Numbered from the stretch's first letter, positions 51,922-62,329 are shown. The stretch is 64,000 nt of DNA from an uncultured Mycoplasma sp. (GCA_964430375.1 CAYSEZ010000001.1:532-64531); one strand, 5' to 3'. A program made the numbers and translations. Notes: generated by a model from the letters alone, not told the origin.

Positions 51922-52701
51922 TTATATCTTATTATTATCCTTAAATTTTTTCTTTAAAATAATATATGTTACTATAGATATTATTAATAATATTATAGAT
52001 ATTATAATTATTAAACTTATACTTAATTTATTATTTTGATTATTTTTGGTATCAGTGAACTGTTTATTGTCAGTTGTAGGTGTATTATTTGTTTGTTCTT
52101 CTATTTGGTATTTTAATATTATTTGTTTTGTTGATACGTTTTCTTTAGTTATATTCCATGTATATGTATTATTAGATACTGTATCTGAATTATGATATAT
52201 AACTTTGTATGGAAGTGTAACATTTATTTTTATTTCTTCTAACATAGTATAGGTTTCAAAAATGTTTTCATCTCCATATACATTTATTACTGTATTATTT
52301 TTACTATTATTTATATCAAAAATATTATAAGTGTTATTTACTATAGTAGAGTATTTATAATTATCTTTATTAAATTTATAAGATAGTTTTAATCCATAAT
52401 TATTTGAAGTATTAATTAAGTTTTTTGTATAATAGTCATATCCTTCTAATTCAAAGTTGTTTTCAAATATACCAGGGGTATAATTTAATACAGGGATTGG
52501 TGTTTTATAAGTTTGATTTATTATTTCTTTATAAGTTTCATTTCCTACTTTATTATTCCAAGTTGAATTATCATAGTTATTTATAATTAGTTCTTCTGTT
52601 ATGTTGTTATTATTTATATTTATGTTATATGTAGCAGAACATCCAGTTAATGATAATGTTAGAATTAAAAGTAATGTTAAATATAATTTATTTTTATTCA
52701 T
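51922..52701 (-). CDS. Lipoprotein with an additional C-terminal TM anchor
   Basis: Lipobox LSLTGC. Asn/Thr-rich ectodomain. C-terminal TM plus a basic tail. Confidence 0.65.
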   Translation of the reverse strand: MNKNKLYLTLLLILTLSLTGCSATYNININNNNITEELIINNYDNSTWNNKVGNETYKEIINQTYKTPIPVLNYTPGIFENNFELEGYDYYTKNLINTSNNYGLKLSYKFNKDNYKYSTIVNNTYNIFDINNSKNNTVINVYGDENIFETYTMLEEIKINVTLPYKVIYHNSDTVSNNTYTWNITKENVSTKQIILKYQIEEQTNNTPTTDNKQFTDTKNNQNNKLSISLIIIISIILLIISIVTYIILKKKFKDNNKI

Positions 52702-52708
52702 AAAAACC

Positions 52709-54424
52709 TCACGAACAATAGTTATTATAATAACTATCCATATTTAATTTATAATAACTTCCACTTGATATATTACTTTCGCTATAAGCCCTTACAACAA
52801 GTCCATTTGTTCCTCCGGCAGATTCTACAGTTATTATTCTATCTAAGTCTTCTCTATATCCTATTACTAATATGACGTGTCCAGTAGACATTAATAAGTC
52901 TCCAGGCTTCATTTCGCTAATGGAGCTTCTTTTTGCGGTTCTAGATATGAATGAAGTAAAGTTAGGACTTACTATTGTAGTAGCATTACTACAACCTGCA
53001 TTTTGTAAGGCCCACATAACGAATCCTGAACAATCTAAACCGTTATATGAATAACATCTACCAGGGCTACACATTTGACTAGCGGAACTTCCCCAGCTAG
53101 TATCGACGCCAGTTGAGATATATGCGTGTCCTCCGCCCCAATAATATGGAAGTCTATATCCTTCGTTAAATAGATATAATGCTAAACCCATTCCAACACT
53201 TGCTACTTTTTCTCCTGAATCTTCTACTCCATCTTTTTGTGCTTTTATGTATGAATTAATTTCTGCAATACCATCACTACCTAAAGCACTATTTAATGAT
53301 TTTCCTTCTAGTCTTGTTGTGTTATTAAACCAGTAATTCCAGTAGTCACCTTCAAAATCTAATTGACTAGCATATTCTAATGCATCACTTTCTCCGATTG
53401 AGCATTCTTCATCGTTATCTCCAGATGTAATTTCTATTCCATCTGAGTAAAAGTATTCTAATATTTCTTTATAATCATATCCTTGATCTGCCAATTCATA
53501 AGAAACTAATTGACTCATACCAAAACCATGACCTTGTCCTGGTAAAATAAATGAACTTAATTTATTAAGTGTAATCTTATGTGTTGTTAAATCAGGTTGT
53601 TTAGTATATGTTACAGTATATGTTCCATCTGAATTTTTTATTGCATCAGGGCAATTAGAATCTGCATAGCAAAATGAATCATACTGGGTTAAAAACATTT
53701 TTCCCTCATAGGTTAAAACTTGTCCAGATGTTTCTTCAGCAGCAGTTATTGCTTTTTCATCTGTGGTGGGAGAATATACTTGAGCATATGTTGAACTTCC
53801 AATTGTCTTAGTACAATCATTTGTAGAAACAATAGCATAAGTTCTTGCCACAACAGCTTGTGCTTTTAAAGCTTCAATTCCAAATTCAGTATATGCTTCT
53901 CTACTAACTACTCCCGCGACATATTCTTCAAGTGGTACAGTAACTTCTACTCCATTGTACATTACTTTAATTTCTGTACAACTATAGCTTTTTGAACCAC
54001 AATCACCGCCACTTTCACTTCCTCCCAGCATCATTATTAAAATTAGAACTAATATTATTAAAATAGCAACTCCAAGTATAATAAAATTCCATGGAGCAGG
54101 TATTAACATCCATAGTTTTTTTATACCTTGTCCTACTTTTTTTGCACCTTCTTTAGCTATTTTCCCTCCTGCTTCTAAGCTTTTTTTGCCTATATTTTTT
54201 ACTTCGTCAGAATCATCTAAAGAATCTTTTTTAGGAAGTACTTCTTTATTTTCTTCTTTACCATCTTCATTTTTTTTATCATTATTTAATTTTTTTCCCA
54301 TACCTAAGGCAAGATTTCCGACATTTTGTACTACTCCAACTGTTTTTCTCCCCATATTTGCAAGTTCACTACTTGTACTAGGTTCTTCGTAATTATCTAT
54401 TTCATCATTCATAACAATCACCAT
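52709..54424 (-). CDS. Membrane-anchored bifunctional wall hydrolase: SpoIID/LytB-like domain plus NlpC/P60 domain
   Basis: One TM. The SpoIID block is EEYVAGVVSREAYTEFGIEALKAQAVVARTYA...SGQVLTYEG. The C-terminal NlpC/P60 block is GLDCSGFVMWALQNAG...GHVILVIG. Confidence 0.75.
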   Translation of the reverse strand: MVIVMNDEIDNYEEPSTSSELANMGRKTVGVVQNVGNLALGMGKKLNNDKKNEDGKEENKEVLPKKDSLDDSDEVKNIGKKSLEAGGKIAKEGAKKVGQGIKKLWMLIPAPWNFIILGVAILIILVLILIMMLGGSESGGDCGSKSYSCTEIKVMYNGVEVTVPLEEYVAGVVSREAYTEFGIEALKAQAVVARTYAIVSTNDCTKTIGSSTYAQVYSPTTDEKAITAAEETSGQVLTYEGKMFLTQYDSFCYADSNCPDAIKNSDGTYTVTYTKQPDLTTHKITLNKLSSFILPGQGHGFGMSQLVSYELADQGYDYKEILEYFYSDGIEITSGDNDEECSIGESDALEYASQLDFEGDYWNYWFNNTTRLEGKSLNSALGSDGIAEINSYIKAQKDGVEDSGEKVASVGMGLALYLFNEGYRLPYYWGGGHAYISTGVDTSWGSSASQMCSPGRCYSYNGLDCSGFVMWALQNAGCSNATTIVSPNFTSFISRTAKRSSISEMKPGDLLMSTGHVILVIGYREDLDRIITVESAGGTNGLVVRAYSESNISSGSYYKLNMDSYYNNYCS

Positions 54425-54516
54425 ACTAACTTATTTATATTGTTATTTTATCAAAAAAAAATATGAAAGTAAACATATTAATTAAATTTCATTTTCATAA
54501 AAAAAGGACTTAGTCC

Positions 54517-55062
54517 TTAGTAAGCATATAAACCATGTATTTTTTGTCTTGTTATATCATCTATATCATTTATCATCCATGTATCATTTTCTTTAGTTAG
54601 AGTGAAATCAATTGTATATTTTACTTTATCAGTTGTTTCTTTCATTTTATCAATTCTATAATCAATAAATTTTGATTCTGATAACTTACCGTCTTCATCA
54701 AGAAATTCATTAGAATTAGCATTATAATATGTAGTAGCGTCATTAGTAACTTTGTAAAAATCATATACTTCAATTTCTACAGTTACAGTTGCATTATCAC
54801 CATCTATTCTTTCATCTTTTATAGTGTATGTTAAATCTTGATATTGTCTTTTTAGTACATTACCATAATTTTCTTTTTGAGTAATATTCATCATTATATC
54901 AGAATCTACCATATCTTTCATTTGAGTAATTACTGAATTATCTAAATTTCTATAATTATTTAGAAAGTTTTCAACTTTTTTAGTTGGTGTATTATCCATA
55001 GTACAACCACTTAGTAATATAACTGTAAGAAATAATGATATAGATATTAATATTTTTTTCAT
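54517..55062 (-). CDS. Lipoprotein of unknown function
   Basis: Lipobox LLSGC. The ATG at 55062 has GGGAGG upstream (the track start at 55110 is less likely). Confidence 0.65.
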   Translation of the reverse strand: MKKILISISLFLTVILLSGCTMDNTPTKKVENFLNNYRNLDNSVITQMKDMVDSDIMMNITQKENYGNVLKRQYQDLTYTIKDERIDGDNATVTVEIEVYDFYKVTNDATTYYNANSNEFLDEDGKLSESKFIDYRIDKMKETTDKVKYTIDFTLTKENDTWMINDIDDITRQKIHGLYAY

Positions 55063-55116
55063 AAAAAGCCTCCCATTAATATAATGGAATAGTTTATTAA
55101 TTTTATACATTTTTAT

Positions 55117-55920
55117 TTATTTATTATTTAATAATTTATCTATATTTGTTATAACATATCCTTTTTGTTTTATGTATTTAATACTTAAATCAAGTTCTTT
55201 TGTATTTAAATTATTATTAGTAATAGGTATTATTTCTCCTTTAGTTAAATTTTCTTTTATATTGTGATATAAGTTTTTATCTATTTTTGTTTTTAATATA
55301 GTGTTTAGTTTTAATTTAGTACATTCATTTAATAAATTATCATTATTATTACTAGTATAACAATAAGTATTAGAACTATTATATTTATTAATAATATTTA
55401 AACTATTTTTTACATCATTTGTAATACCTATATTATGTCCTAGAGAGGATATTTTATTTATTACTTCTTCATCTAATTCTTTTATAAAGAAAGTAGTATT
55501 TATTTCATTATCTTTTAATATAGCTAGTATATTATCTAAATTATTATTGTTTTCCATTATAATAATTAAAGATACTAAATAACTATTAGTATTACTTTTA
55601 ATTATATATTTATCTAAATTATCTTTAATAGAATCTTCATATATTTCTTTATAAACTATTAAACTTTCATCAAATTTACCTAATTTTTTCATTTTTCTAT
55701 AGCTTTCATCTATATCAACACTGTAACCTATTGTACCTACTTCTAAAGTGTTATCATTTATTATAGAGCTTACTGGTAATATATTATTTTCATTACTATA
55801 TTCTATTATTTTAATCATAATTGGATCTTTATTTTTAGATATATCTACTATTTTATCTGTATAATAAAAACTAAAACAAGTAAGAAATGATATACCTAGT
55901 ATTTTAAATAGTTTTTTCAT
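55117..55920 (-). CDS. Exported protein, possibly a degenerate NodB/polysaccharide-deacetylase homolog
   Basis: Signal/anchor sequence. The only hints are weak NodB-like blocks (INTTFFIKE, LGHNIGI). Confidence 0.35.
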   Translation of the reverse strand: MKKLFKILGISFLTCFSFYYTDKIVDISKNKDPIMIKIIEYSNENNILPVSSIINDNTLEVGTIGYSVDIDESYRKMKKLGKFDESLIVYKEIYEDSIKDNLDKYIIKSNTNSYLVSLIIIMENNNNLDNILAILKDNEINTTFFIKELDEEVINKISSLGHNIGITNDVKNSLNIINKYNSSNTYCYTSNNNDNLLNECTKLKLNTILKTKIDKNLYHNIKENLTKGEIIPITNNNLNTKELDLSIKYIKQKGYVITNIDKLLNNK

Positions 55921-55971
55921 AAGATCACCTAATAATTTATATGCAAAAAAAAGAAATATTTAACAATATTC

Positions 55972-56790
55972 TTATAACTTTTGACAAAACTTACAATAGT
56001 AGGTACTTCTTCCACCAATTTTATCTTTTGTTATTAAGTTAGAACATATTAAACATTTTTCTTTTGTATGTACATATAAATCATTTTGAAATAAACCAGT
56101 TACTCCTTCTTCAGATGTATAACTTCTTATTGTAGTACCACCTTTTTTTATTGCACTTTCTAATACTTTTTTAGTATTTTCTATTATGTTAGATAACTCT
56201 TTATCATTTAAAGTATATGCTTTTCTATGGGGGTTTATTTTACTTAAAAATAATATTTCATCTGCATATATATTACCTATTCCTGTTATTATGGTTTGAT
56301 CTAATAGAACTGTTTTAATAGGTAGTTTTTTGTTTTTATATTTTTCTTTTAAATAGATAGGGTTTAAATTATTATCCCAAGGTTCTAGTCCTAATTTAGA
56401 TAGATGTTTTTCACTATTAATATCTTTTTTATCTACTAGGTACATTTTACCAAATTTACGAACATCTTTATATCTTAATTCAAATTCATTATTTATATTA
56501 AATATTATATGTTCATGAGGTTCTATTTTATCATTAATATTTCTATATAAGTATTTTCCTTCCATTCTTAAATGACTTAGTAAATAGTAATTATCTAGTT
56601 CAAATAGTAACCATTTTCCTCTTCTTTTAATAGAGTTTATTTTATTATCTTTTATTTTATCTTTTATTACATTTATATTTTGATTTTCAAATACATTAGG
56701 ATAGATTATATTAATATCTTTAATTACTTTATTTTTTAATTTCTTTTCTAAAGCAGTTCTTACTGTTTCTACTTCTGGTAATTCAGGCAT
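55972..56790 (-). CDS. mutM: Formamidopyrimidine-DNA glycosylase
   Basis: MPELPEVETV N-terminus, H2TH region, and C-terminal CxxC-N16-CxxC zinc finger. Confidence 0.94.
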   Translation of the reverse strand: MPELPEVETVRTALEKKLKNKVIKDINIIYPNVFENQNINVIKDKIKDNKINSIKRRGKWLLFELDNYYLLSHLRMEGKYLYRNINDKIEPHEHIIFNINNEFELRYKDVRKFGKMYLVDKKDINSEKHLSKLGLEPWDNNLNPIYLKEKYKNKKLPIKTVLLDQTIITGIGNIYADEILFLSKINPHRKAYTLNDKELSNIIENTKKVLESAIKKGGTTIRSYTSEEGVTGLFQNDLYVHTKEKCLICSNLITKDKIGGRSTYYCKFCQKL

Positions 56791-56798
56791 AAGACCAC

Positions 56799-59354
56799 CT
56801 ATTTTGCTTCATAAAAGTTATTACCTTTATTTATATCTACTTTTAAAGGGACTTTTAATTTATATGTATTTTCCATTATATTTTTTACTATATCTATTAC
56901 TTCTTGTTCTTCTTCTTTTAAAGTATCAAATATTAATTCATCGTGTACTTGAATAATCATTTTTGATTTTAAATTTCTTTCTTTAAATTCTTTATCTATT
57001 TCAATCATTGCTTTTTTTAATATATCTGCGCTTGTTCCTTGTATTGGGGTATTAAGAGCCATTCTTTCTCCGGAATTTCTTATTATAAAATTAGGGTTAT
57101 TTAATTCATCAATTGTTCTTTTTCTACCAAACAATGTTTTAACATAGCCTTTTTCATGAGCATCTTTTATTACATTATTCATATAATCTTTTATACCAGG
57201 GAAAGTATTTAAGTAATCTTCTAAAAACTTTTTAGCGTCTTTTACATCTATATCTAAGTCTTGTGATAGTCCATATCCACTTATTCCATAAATTATACCA
57301 AAGTTTACTGCTTTTGCATTTCTTCTCATTAATGGTGTTACTTCTTCTTCACTAACATGATATATATCCATCGCAGTTTTTGTATGAATATCCATATCAT
57401 TAATAAATGCTTTTATCATATTTTCTGTATTAGACATATGTGCAAAAATACGTAGTTCTATTTGTGAATAATCAAATGAAATAATTATATTATTAGGACT
57501 AGGTAAAAATGCTTTTCTAATTTGTCTACCATTTTCTGCTTTTATAGGTATATTTTGTAAGTTAGGATTAGATGAAGATAGTCTTCCTGTTCTAGTTAGT
57601 GCTTGATTAAATATAGTATGAATTTTACTATCTTCTTTTATACATTCTAAAAGTCCAATTACATAGTTACCATATATTTTAGTAAGAGTTCTATATTCTA
57701 GTACTAAATTTACTATTTCATAATTAGTAAGTTTACTTAATATATCAACACTTGTAGAATAGTTATTATCTTTTATTTTTTTAGGATATGGAATATTTAA
57801 TTTTTCAAATAATACTTTACCTAGTTGTTTAGGAGATGATATATTAAATTCTATACCTGATATATCATATATTTTTTGTTCTAAAGTATTTATTTTTTCT
57901 TCTAATTCTTCTTTCATATCTTCTAGAATACTTTTAGATATATTAACTCCAGTTGTTTCCATATCTTTTAATACATAAGTAAGTGGTAATTCTATATCTT
58001 CATATAATTTTTTACTATCATCCTCTAGTAGAGAGAATTTATCTTTATTATCCCAAATAAATTTTGCTTTTAAACAGGCTTCTTTTGCTATTTCAAGAGT
58101 TAGAAGTTTTTTATTTTTCATTATTTCTTCGGTACTTAATACTTTAATATTATTTTTTTTCATTATATGAGATATATCATCTTTTATATCTTGTTCTAAT
58201 AGGTATAAAGATAGCATTAAATCATCTATATTTTTATCTATAGGTATATTAAAATAATGAAAAATAGTTAATAATTTTTTTAAATCATAAGTATATTTTT
58301 TATTATTATTAGTAAATATATCAAGGTTTTTTAGGTTTTCAAATGGAATATATTTACATATTTCATCATTACATATAGCAAGCCCATATACTTCTTTATC
58401 GTGATAGTTTGAAGTAGTTTCTATATATATTGCACATTCTTTATCTATATTAAAGTTATTATATTCTATATCATATATAAATTCTTTTTCTTCTTTTGGT
58501 TTAATTTTATTTAAGATTGAGAAAAATTCATATTCTTCAAGTATTTTAAAATAATCATTAGTAAAACCAGTGTATTTAATTTTGTTTAAGTCTGTATCTA
58601 TTGGTACATCTTTATATATGGTAGCAAGTTCATAAGAGAAGAAAGCATTTTCTTTATCATTTATTAGTTTTTCTTTTGTTTTACCTTTTATATTATCTAT
58701 ATTATTATAAACTTCTTGTAAAGAATTATATTCATGTAAAAGATTTAAGGCTGTTTTTTCTCCAATACCTTTAACTCCAGGGATATTATCACTAGCATCT
58801 CCCATAAGTGCTTTTAAATCAATCATTTTTATAGGATCTAGTCCATATATTTCTTTAAATGTTTCTTTATTCATTCTGATAAAATCATTAGTTTTTAATA
58901 ATTTTACTTCTATATCATCAGATATAAGTTGTAATAAGTCTTTATCACTACTTATAATTGTACCTATAAAATCATCATCTTTATCTACTTCTTTTGCAAA
59001 TGTACCAATAATGTCATCTGCTTCATAGTTATCTATTTCAATACAAGTAATACCCATTGCACGTGTTAATTCTTTTGCAACGGGAAATTGCTGTTTTAAT
59101 TCAAGTGGAGTTTCACGCCTTCCATCTTTGTAATTTTCATATTTTTCATGTCTAAATGTTTTTCCTTTATCAAATGCAACCATTATATATTCTGGATTTT
59201 CTTCTTTTAGTATTTTATTTATCATATTAATAAAACCATATAATGCATTAGTAGGGAATCCTTTTGAGTTACGAAGTATACTACCTGAATATGCAGTTGC
59301 ATAATAACTTCTAAATAAAATATTGTTTCCATCTATTAAAACTACTTTTTTCAT
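56799..59354 (-). CDS. polA: DNA polymerase I
   Basis: 5' nuclease domain (LIDGNNILFRSYYA, GVKGIGEKTA). Pol motifs A (DYSQIELRI), B (RRNAKAVNFGIIYG) and C (QVHDEL). The ATG at 59354 has a GGAGGA RBS. Confidence 0.96.
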   Translation of the reverse strand: MKKVVLIDGNNILFRSYYATAYSGSILRNSKGFPTNALYGFINMINKILKEENPEYIMVAFDKGKTFRHEKYENYKDGRRETPLELKQQFPVAKELTRAMGITCIEIDNYEADDIIGTFAKEVDKDDDFIGTIISSDKDLLQLISDDIEVKLLKTNDFIRMNKETFKEIYGLDPIKMIDLKALMGDASDNIPGVKGIGEKTALNLLHEYNSLQEVYNNIDNIKGKTKEKLINDKENAFFSYELATIYKDVPIDTDLNKIKYTGFTNDYFKILEEYEFFSILNKIKPKEEKEFIYDIEYNNFNIDKECAIYIETTSNYHDKEVYGLAICNDEICKYIPFENLKNLDIFTNNNKKYTYDLKKLLTIFHYFNIPIDKNIDDLMLSLYLLEQDIKDDISHIMKKNNIKVLSTEEIMKNKKLLTLEIAKEACLKAKFIWDNKDKFSLLEDDSKKLYEDIELPLTYVLKDMETTGVNISKSILEDMKEELEEKINTLEQKIYDISGIEFNISSPKQLGKVLFEKLNIPYPKKIKDNNYSTSVDILSKLTNYEIVNLVLEYRTLTKIYGNYVIGLLECIKEDSKIHTIFNQALTRTGRLSSSNPNLQNIPIKAENGRQIRKAFLPSPNNIIISFDYSQIELRIFAHMSNTENMIKAFINDMDIHTKTAMDIYHVSEEEVTPLMRRNAKAVNFGIIYGISGYGLSQDLDIDVKDAKKFLEDYLNTFPGIKDYMNNVIKDAHEKGYVKTLFGRKRTIDELNNPNFIIRNSGERMALNTPIQGTSADILKKAMIEIDKEFKERNLKSKMIIQVHDELIFDTLKEEEQEVIDIVKNIMENTYKLKVPLKVDINKGNNFYEAK

Positions 59355-59447
59355 ATATATTCCTCCTAGAAACATTATACACTTAAAAAAAGATATTGAC
59401 AAATATTTTTAAATGTGTTATTCTTATATTGAACTTTAGGTTCCCTA

Positions 59448-59567
59448 ATGCCTATCGTTCTTTTTTACATCTTTCATATGCAAATCCTAAAACTATTAGA
59501 CAAAAAATTTGTCTTGCCTTTCCACATTAAGTGGGTAATAATTTGCGTATATGAAGAAAAAGCCTAG
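59448..59567 (+). CDS. Candidate 39-aa hydrophobic small protein (MPIVLFYIFHMQILKLLDKKFVLPFHIKWVIICVYEEKA)
   Basis: My own translation. A plus-strand TTGACA-N17(TGn)-TATTCT promoter lies at 59396..59424, and the stop sits inside a terminator hairpin. The RBS is weak (AGG). Confidence 0.3.
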   Translation: MPIVLFYIFHMQILKLLDKKFVLPFHIKWVIICVYEEKA

Positions 59568-59584
59568 ATTTCTGGGCTTTTTTG
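59561..59584. terminator. Bidirectional terminator
   Basis: AGCCTAGA-TT-TCTGGGCT, followed by TTTTT on the plus strand; the complement is followed by TTTTTCTTC on the minus strand. It lies just downstream of the 59587..60801 gene. Confidence 0.65.
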
Positions 59585-59586
59585 TT

Positions 59587-60801
59587 TTAATATTCATCTA
59601 ATATTGAGTAATAATCATATCCATTAGTTTTATATTTTTTATATTTTGAATTAGTAAAACCAAGTATTAAATATTTGTTATCTTTTTTATATATTTTATT
59701 ATATGATTCTGAATTTTCAAGTGATAAATATTTTTCTTCTGTTAAAGTAAGGTTTTTATCATATTTAACAAACATTGCATCAGTTAAAACAATATTATCA
59801 CTACCATTTCCATAAGTACCTACTAGTAAAATGCTATCATCTTCGATAAGAATATCTCTAAACTTATTTAAATAATCTTTTTCGTATAAAACTTCATCTA
59901 TTTTATTCCCTTTAGTATCAAATTTTATAATGGAAGCTTTATATTTTGTTTTAGTATTTTTATCTGGTAATAATGTACCAAGAACTAAATAGTTATTATC
60001 TAATTTTACTATCTTTGTAAGTCCTGAACTATCAGTTGGCCCATAGTAATTATGCCATATTTCTTTTCCATTAAAATCATATTTTTGAATGATACCTGTA
60101 TTACTTTTTGTTGCGCCGACAAGAACATAACCATCATCTTCAAGATATACATCATTAAATACTCCGGTTTGTGGTCCTCCATAGTTTAATCTAAATAATT
60201 CTTTACCTTCTTGATTAAATTTAAATAGCATTGCTCCGCCAGTTGTTTGATTACCTATAATATTTTTTGCATAGATACTTTGTCCTACGACGATAAGGTT
60301 ATTATCTTTATCTAGTTTTATTTCTATAAATTCAGTATCATCAAGTACTTGAATATTTTTTCTCCATACTATGTTTAAATCATTATCATATTTTACTATT
60401 AATCCTTCAGTTGTCTCTTCTTCATGTTGTGTTTCTGTCATTTCAATAGCTCCGACTGCGATAAATCCATCTTCTACCTCTACTACACTGTTAAAATATC
60501 CATTATATCCAAGATCAATATATTTTTCTTTTGTTACTTTAAAACTATCATCATATTCCCAAATTGTAGCTTTATTGTATTGTGTTGTTTTTGTAAGTTT
60601 ACTATTTTTAAAGTCAGATAAGCCTACACCAATCATAGTATTGTCTTTTATTATTAAGTTATTAGTTAAGGTATAGTATGTAGATTCTTTTCTTATTTTA
60701 TAATATTTATATCCAAAATATATTATTTCTAATACTAATATAATTAGTAAAATTATACTTATACTTTTTATTATTTTAATCTTTTTATTATCTAGTTTCA
60801 T
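59587..60801 (-). CDS. Membrane-anchored repeat protein (beta-propeller-like)
   Basis: N-terminal TM, then six or seven ~50-aa repeats each ending in a hydrophobic-x-V/L-G blade motif (DGFIAVGAIE, NNLIVVGQS, DGYVLVGATKS, NNYLVLGTLL, DSILLVGTYGN, NKYLILGFTNS). Confidence 0.6.
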   Translation of the reverse strand: MKLDNKKIKIIKSISIILLIILVLEIIYFGYKYYKIRKESTYYTLTNNLIIKDNTMIGVGLSDFKNSKLTKTTQYNKATIWEYDDSFKVTKEKYIDLGYNGYFNSVVEVEDGFIAVGAIEMTETQHEEETTEGLIVKYDNDLNIVWRKNIQVLDDTEFIEIKLDKDNNLIVVGQSIYAKNIIGNQTTGGAMLFKFNQEGKELFRLNYGGPQTGVFNDVYLEDDGYVLVGATKSNTGIIQKYDFNGKEIWHNYYGPTDSSGLTKIVKLDNNYLVLGTLLPDKNTKTKYKASIIKFDTKGNKIDEVLYEKDYLNKFRDILIEDDSILLVGTYGNGSDNIVLTDAMFVKYDKNLTLTEEKYLSLENSESYNKIYKKDNKYLILGFTNSKYKKYKTNGYDYYSILDEY

Positions 60802-60833
60802 GTTTTACTCCTTTAAAAAAAGTACCTAAGTAC

Positions 60834-61247
60834 TTATTTTTTTTCTTTATCAGTTTTTTCTAATTTTTCTAAAACTTCTTTAGTTACTTTAACAGCACTT
60901 ATTCTTAATTCTTCAACTGCAGATTCTATTACTGGGGTAGCTTTTCTTTTTGCATCTTTAGCAAGTTTAGCTATATTTTTTTGTATTTTATCTGCTTTAT
61001 CTTTAGCAATTTCTAATACTTTTTCTTTATCTAATTCTTTTATATCATTTTTTATTTCTAATATTTTGTTTTCAAAGTCATCTTTTACTTCTTTTACATC
61101 AATATCTTTTGCTTTAGTTAATAAATCATCGCATTTTTCTTTTAATTCTTTTCTTGTTTCACTACCTTTTTTTGGTGCGAATAGGACACCTAATCCTGCG
61201 CCAATTAACGCTCCAAGAGCAAATTTGCCTACTGTTTTTTTATTCAT
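60834..61247 (-). CDS. YtxH domain protein
   Basis: GALIGAGLGVLFAPKKGSETRKEL N-terminus followed by a long charged helix. Confidence 0.75.
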   Translation of the reverse strand: MNKKTVGKFALGALIGAGLGVLFAPKKGSETRKELKEKCDDLLTKAKDIDVKEVKDDFENKILEIKNDIKELDKEKVLEIAKDKADKIQKNIAKLAKDAKRKATPVIESAVEELRISAVKVTKEVLEKLEKTDKEKK

Positions 61248-61533
61248 TTTCTATCTTCTCCTTTTTATTTTCATTTTTATTAAATAATGAACTTATTAAA
61301 CTTAAAATTTTATCTACTATAAAATCACTAATATTTGATAATGTATCTGTTACTGAATCTACTACTTTAAATACTTTATTAGCAGATTTAATTTTTTTTT
61401 CTACATCTTCTAGTATTATATTTATTTTATCAGTAGTATATAATAATTTTATGCAAATTACAATTAAAAATACCACTAGAGCTATACACATTATAAGTAA
61501 AATTGAAAGTAATACACTATTTAAACTATTCAT
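61240..61533 (-). CDS. DUF948 (YtxG-like) membrane protein
   Basis: N-terminal TM plus a helical tail. Paired with the YtxH gene as in B. subtilis ytxG-ytxH. Confidence 0.65.
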   Translation of the reverse strand: MNSLNSVLLSILLIMCIALVVFLIVICIKLLYTTDKINIILEDVEKKIKSANKVFKVVDSVTDTLSNISDFIVDKILSLISSLFNKNENKKEKIENE

Positions 61534-61534
61534 A

Positions 61535-62329
61535 TTAATCCTCCTTATTATCGTACATCATATCAATTAAATCATATAAATTTTTTTCTGATATATCTTC
61601 TTCTTGTTTTTCTAATTCTTCTTTAATCTTTTTTTCTTCTTTTATTTCTTCATCTACTGTTTCTCTTAATGATTTGTTTTTTGAAGACCTAGTTTTAGTT
61701 TTATCTTTATCTTCGTAGTCTACATTATATTCTAAACCTAAATCATTAAAATATTCTTCAGCATCTCCTAGAGTAATTTTATCTACCGCTACTTTGTCTT
61801 CTTTATCTAACTCATATACTAATTTTTCTTTTTCTTCTTTTACTTCTTCTGTAACTCCATATACTTTTTCTCTTATTTTATCAAAATCTACAGTTTTTTT
61901 CTCTTCAGTAAAGAGTTTTTCATATGTTAGTTTATTATCACTATATGACTTTGTTTCTTCCTTTGTAATTGTTGTTATTACTCCATAAACAGGAGATATG
62001 TTGGGAGAAGGCTTAAACTTTTCACGAGCTTTTCCATATTCTTTATTATCGTATCCACCATATAATATTCTTTCTTCTTTTTTTACTTCTTTTACTTCTT
62101 TTTTTGGAAGTTCAGGTTGTTCCATTAAAAAATCTGAATCATCAAATATAATTGGTGCTTTTGGTTTTTCTTCCTTTCTCATAAAAGTTTCTTCTTTTTT
62201 CTCCATCTCCATTGTTTTTTCTACATTTATTTTTTTTGCTATTGGAGGAACAAACTTATTTTCTTGTTCTTCTTCTCTTTCTGGTTCTTCTTCAAATAAA
62301 GCATTTTTTATTTTTTCTATTAATTTCAT
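61535..62329 (-). CDS. Highly charged Glu/Lys-rich protein of unknown function
   Basis: The ATG at 62329 has GAGGTG upstream. No TM and low complexity. Confidence 0.5.
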   Translation of the reverse strand: MKLIEKIKNALFEEEPEREEEQENKFVPPIAKKINVEKTMEMEKKEETFMRKEEKPKAPIIFDDSDFLMEQPELPKKEVKEVKKEERILYGGYDNKEYGKAREKFKPSPNISPVYGVITTITKEETKSYSDNKLTYEKLFTEEKKTVDFDKIREKVYGVTEEVKEEKEKLVYELDKEDKVAVDKITLGDAEEYFNDLGLEYNVDYEDKDKTKTRSSKNKSLRETVDEEIKEEKKIKEELEKQEEDISEKNLYDLIDMMYDNKED

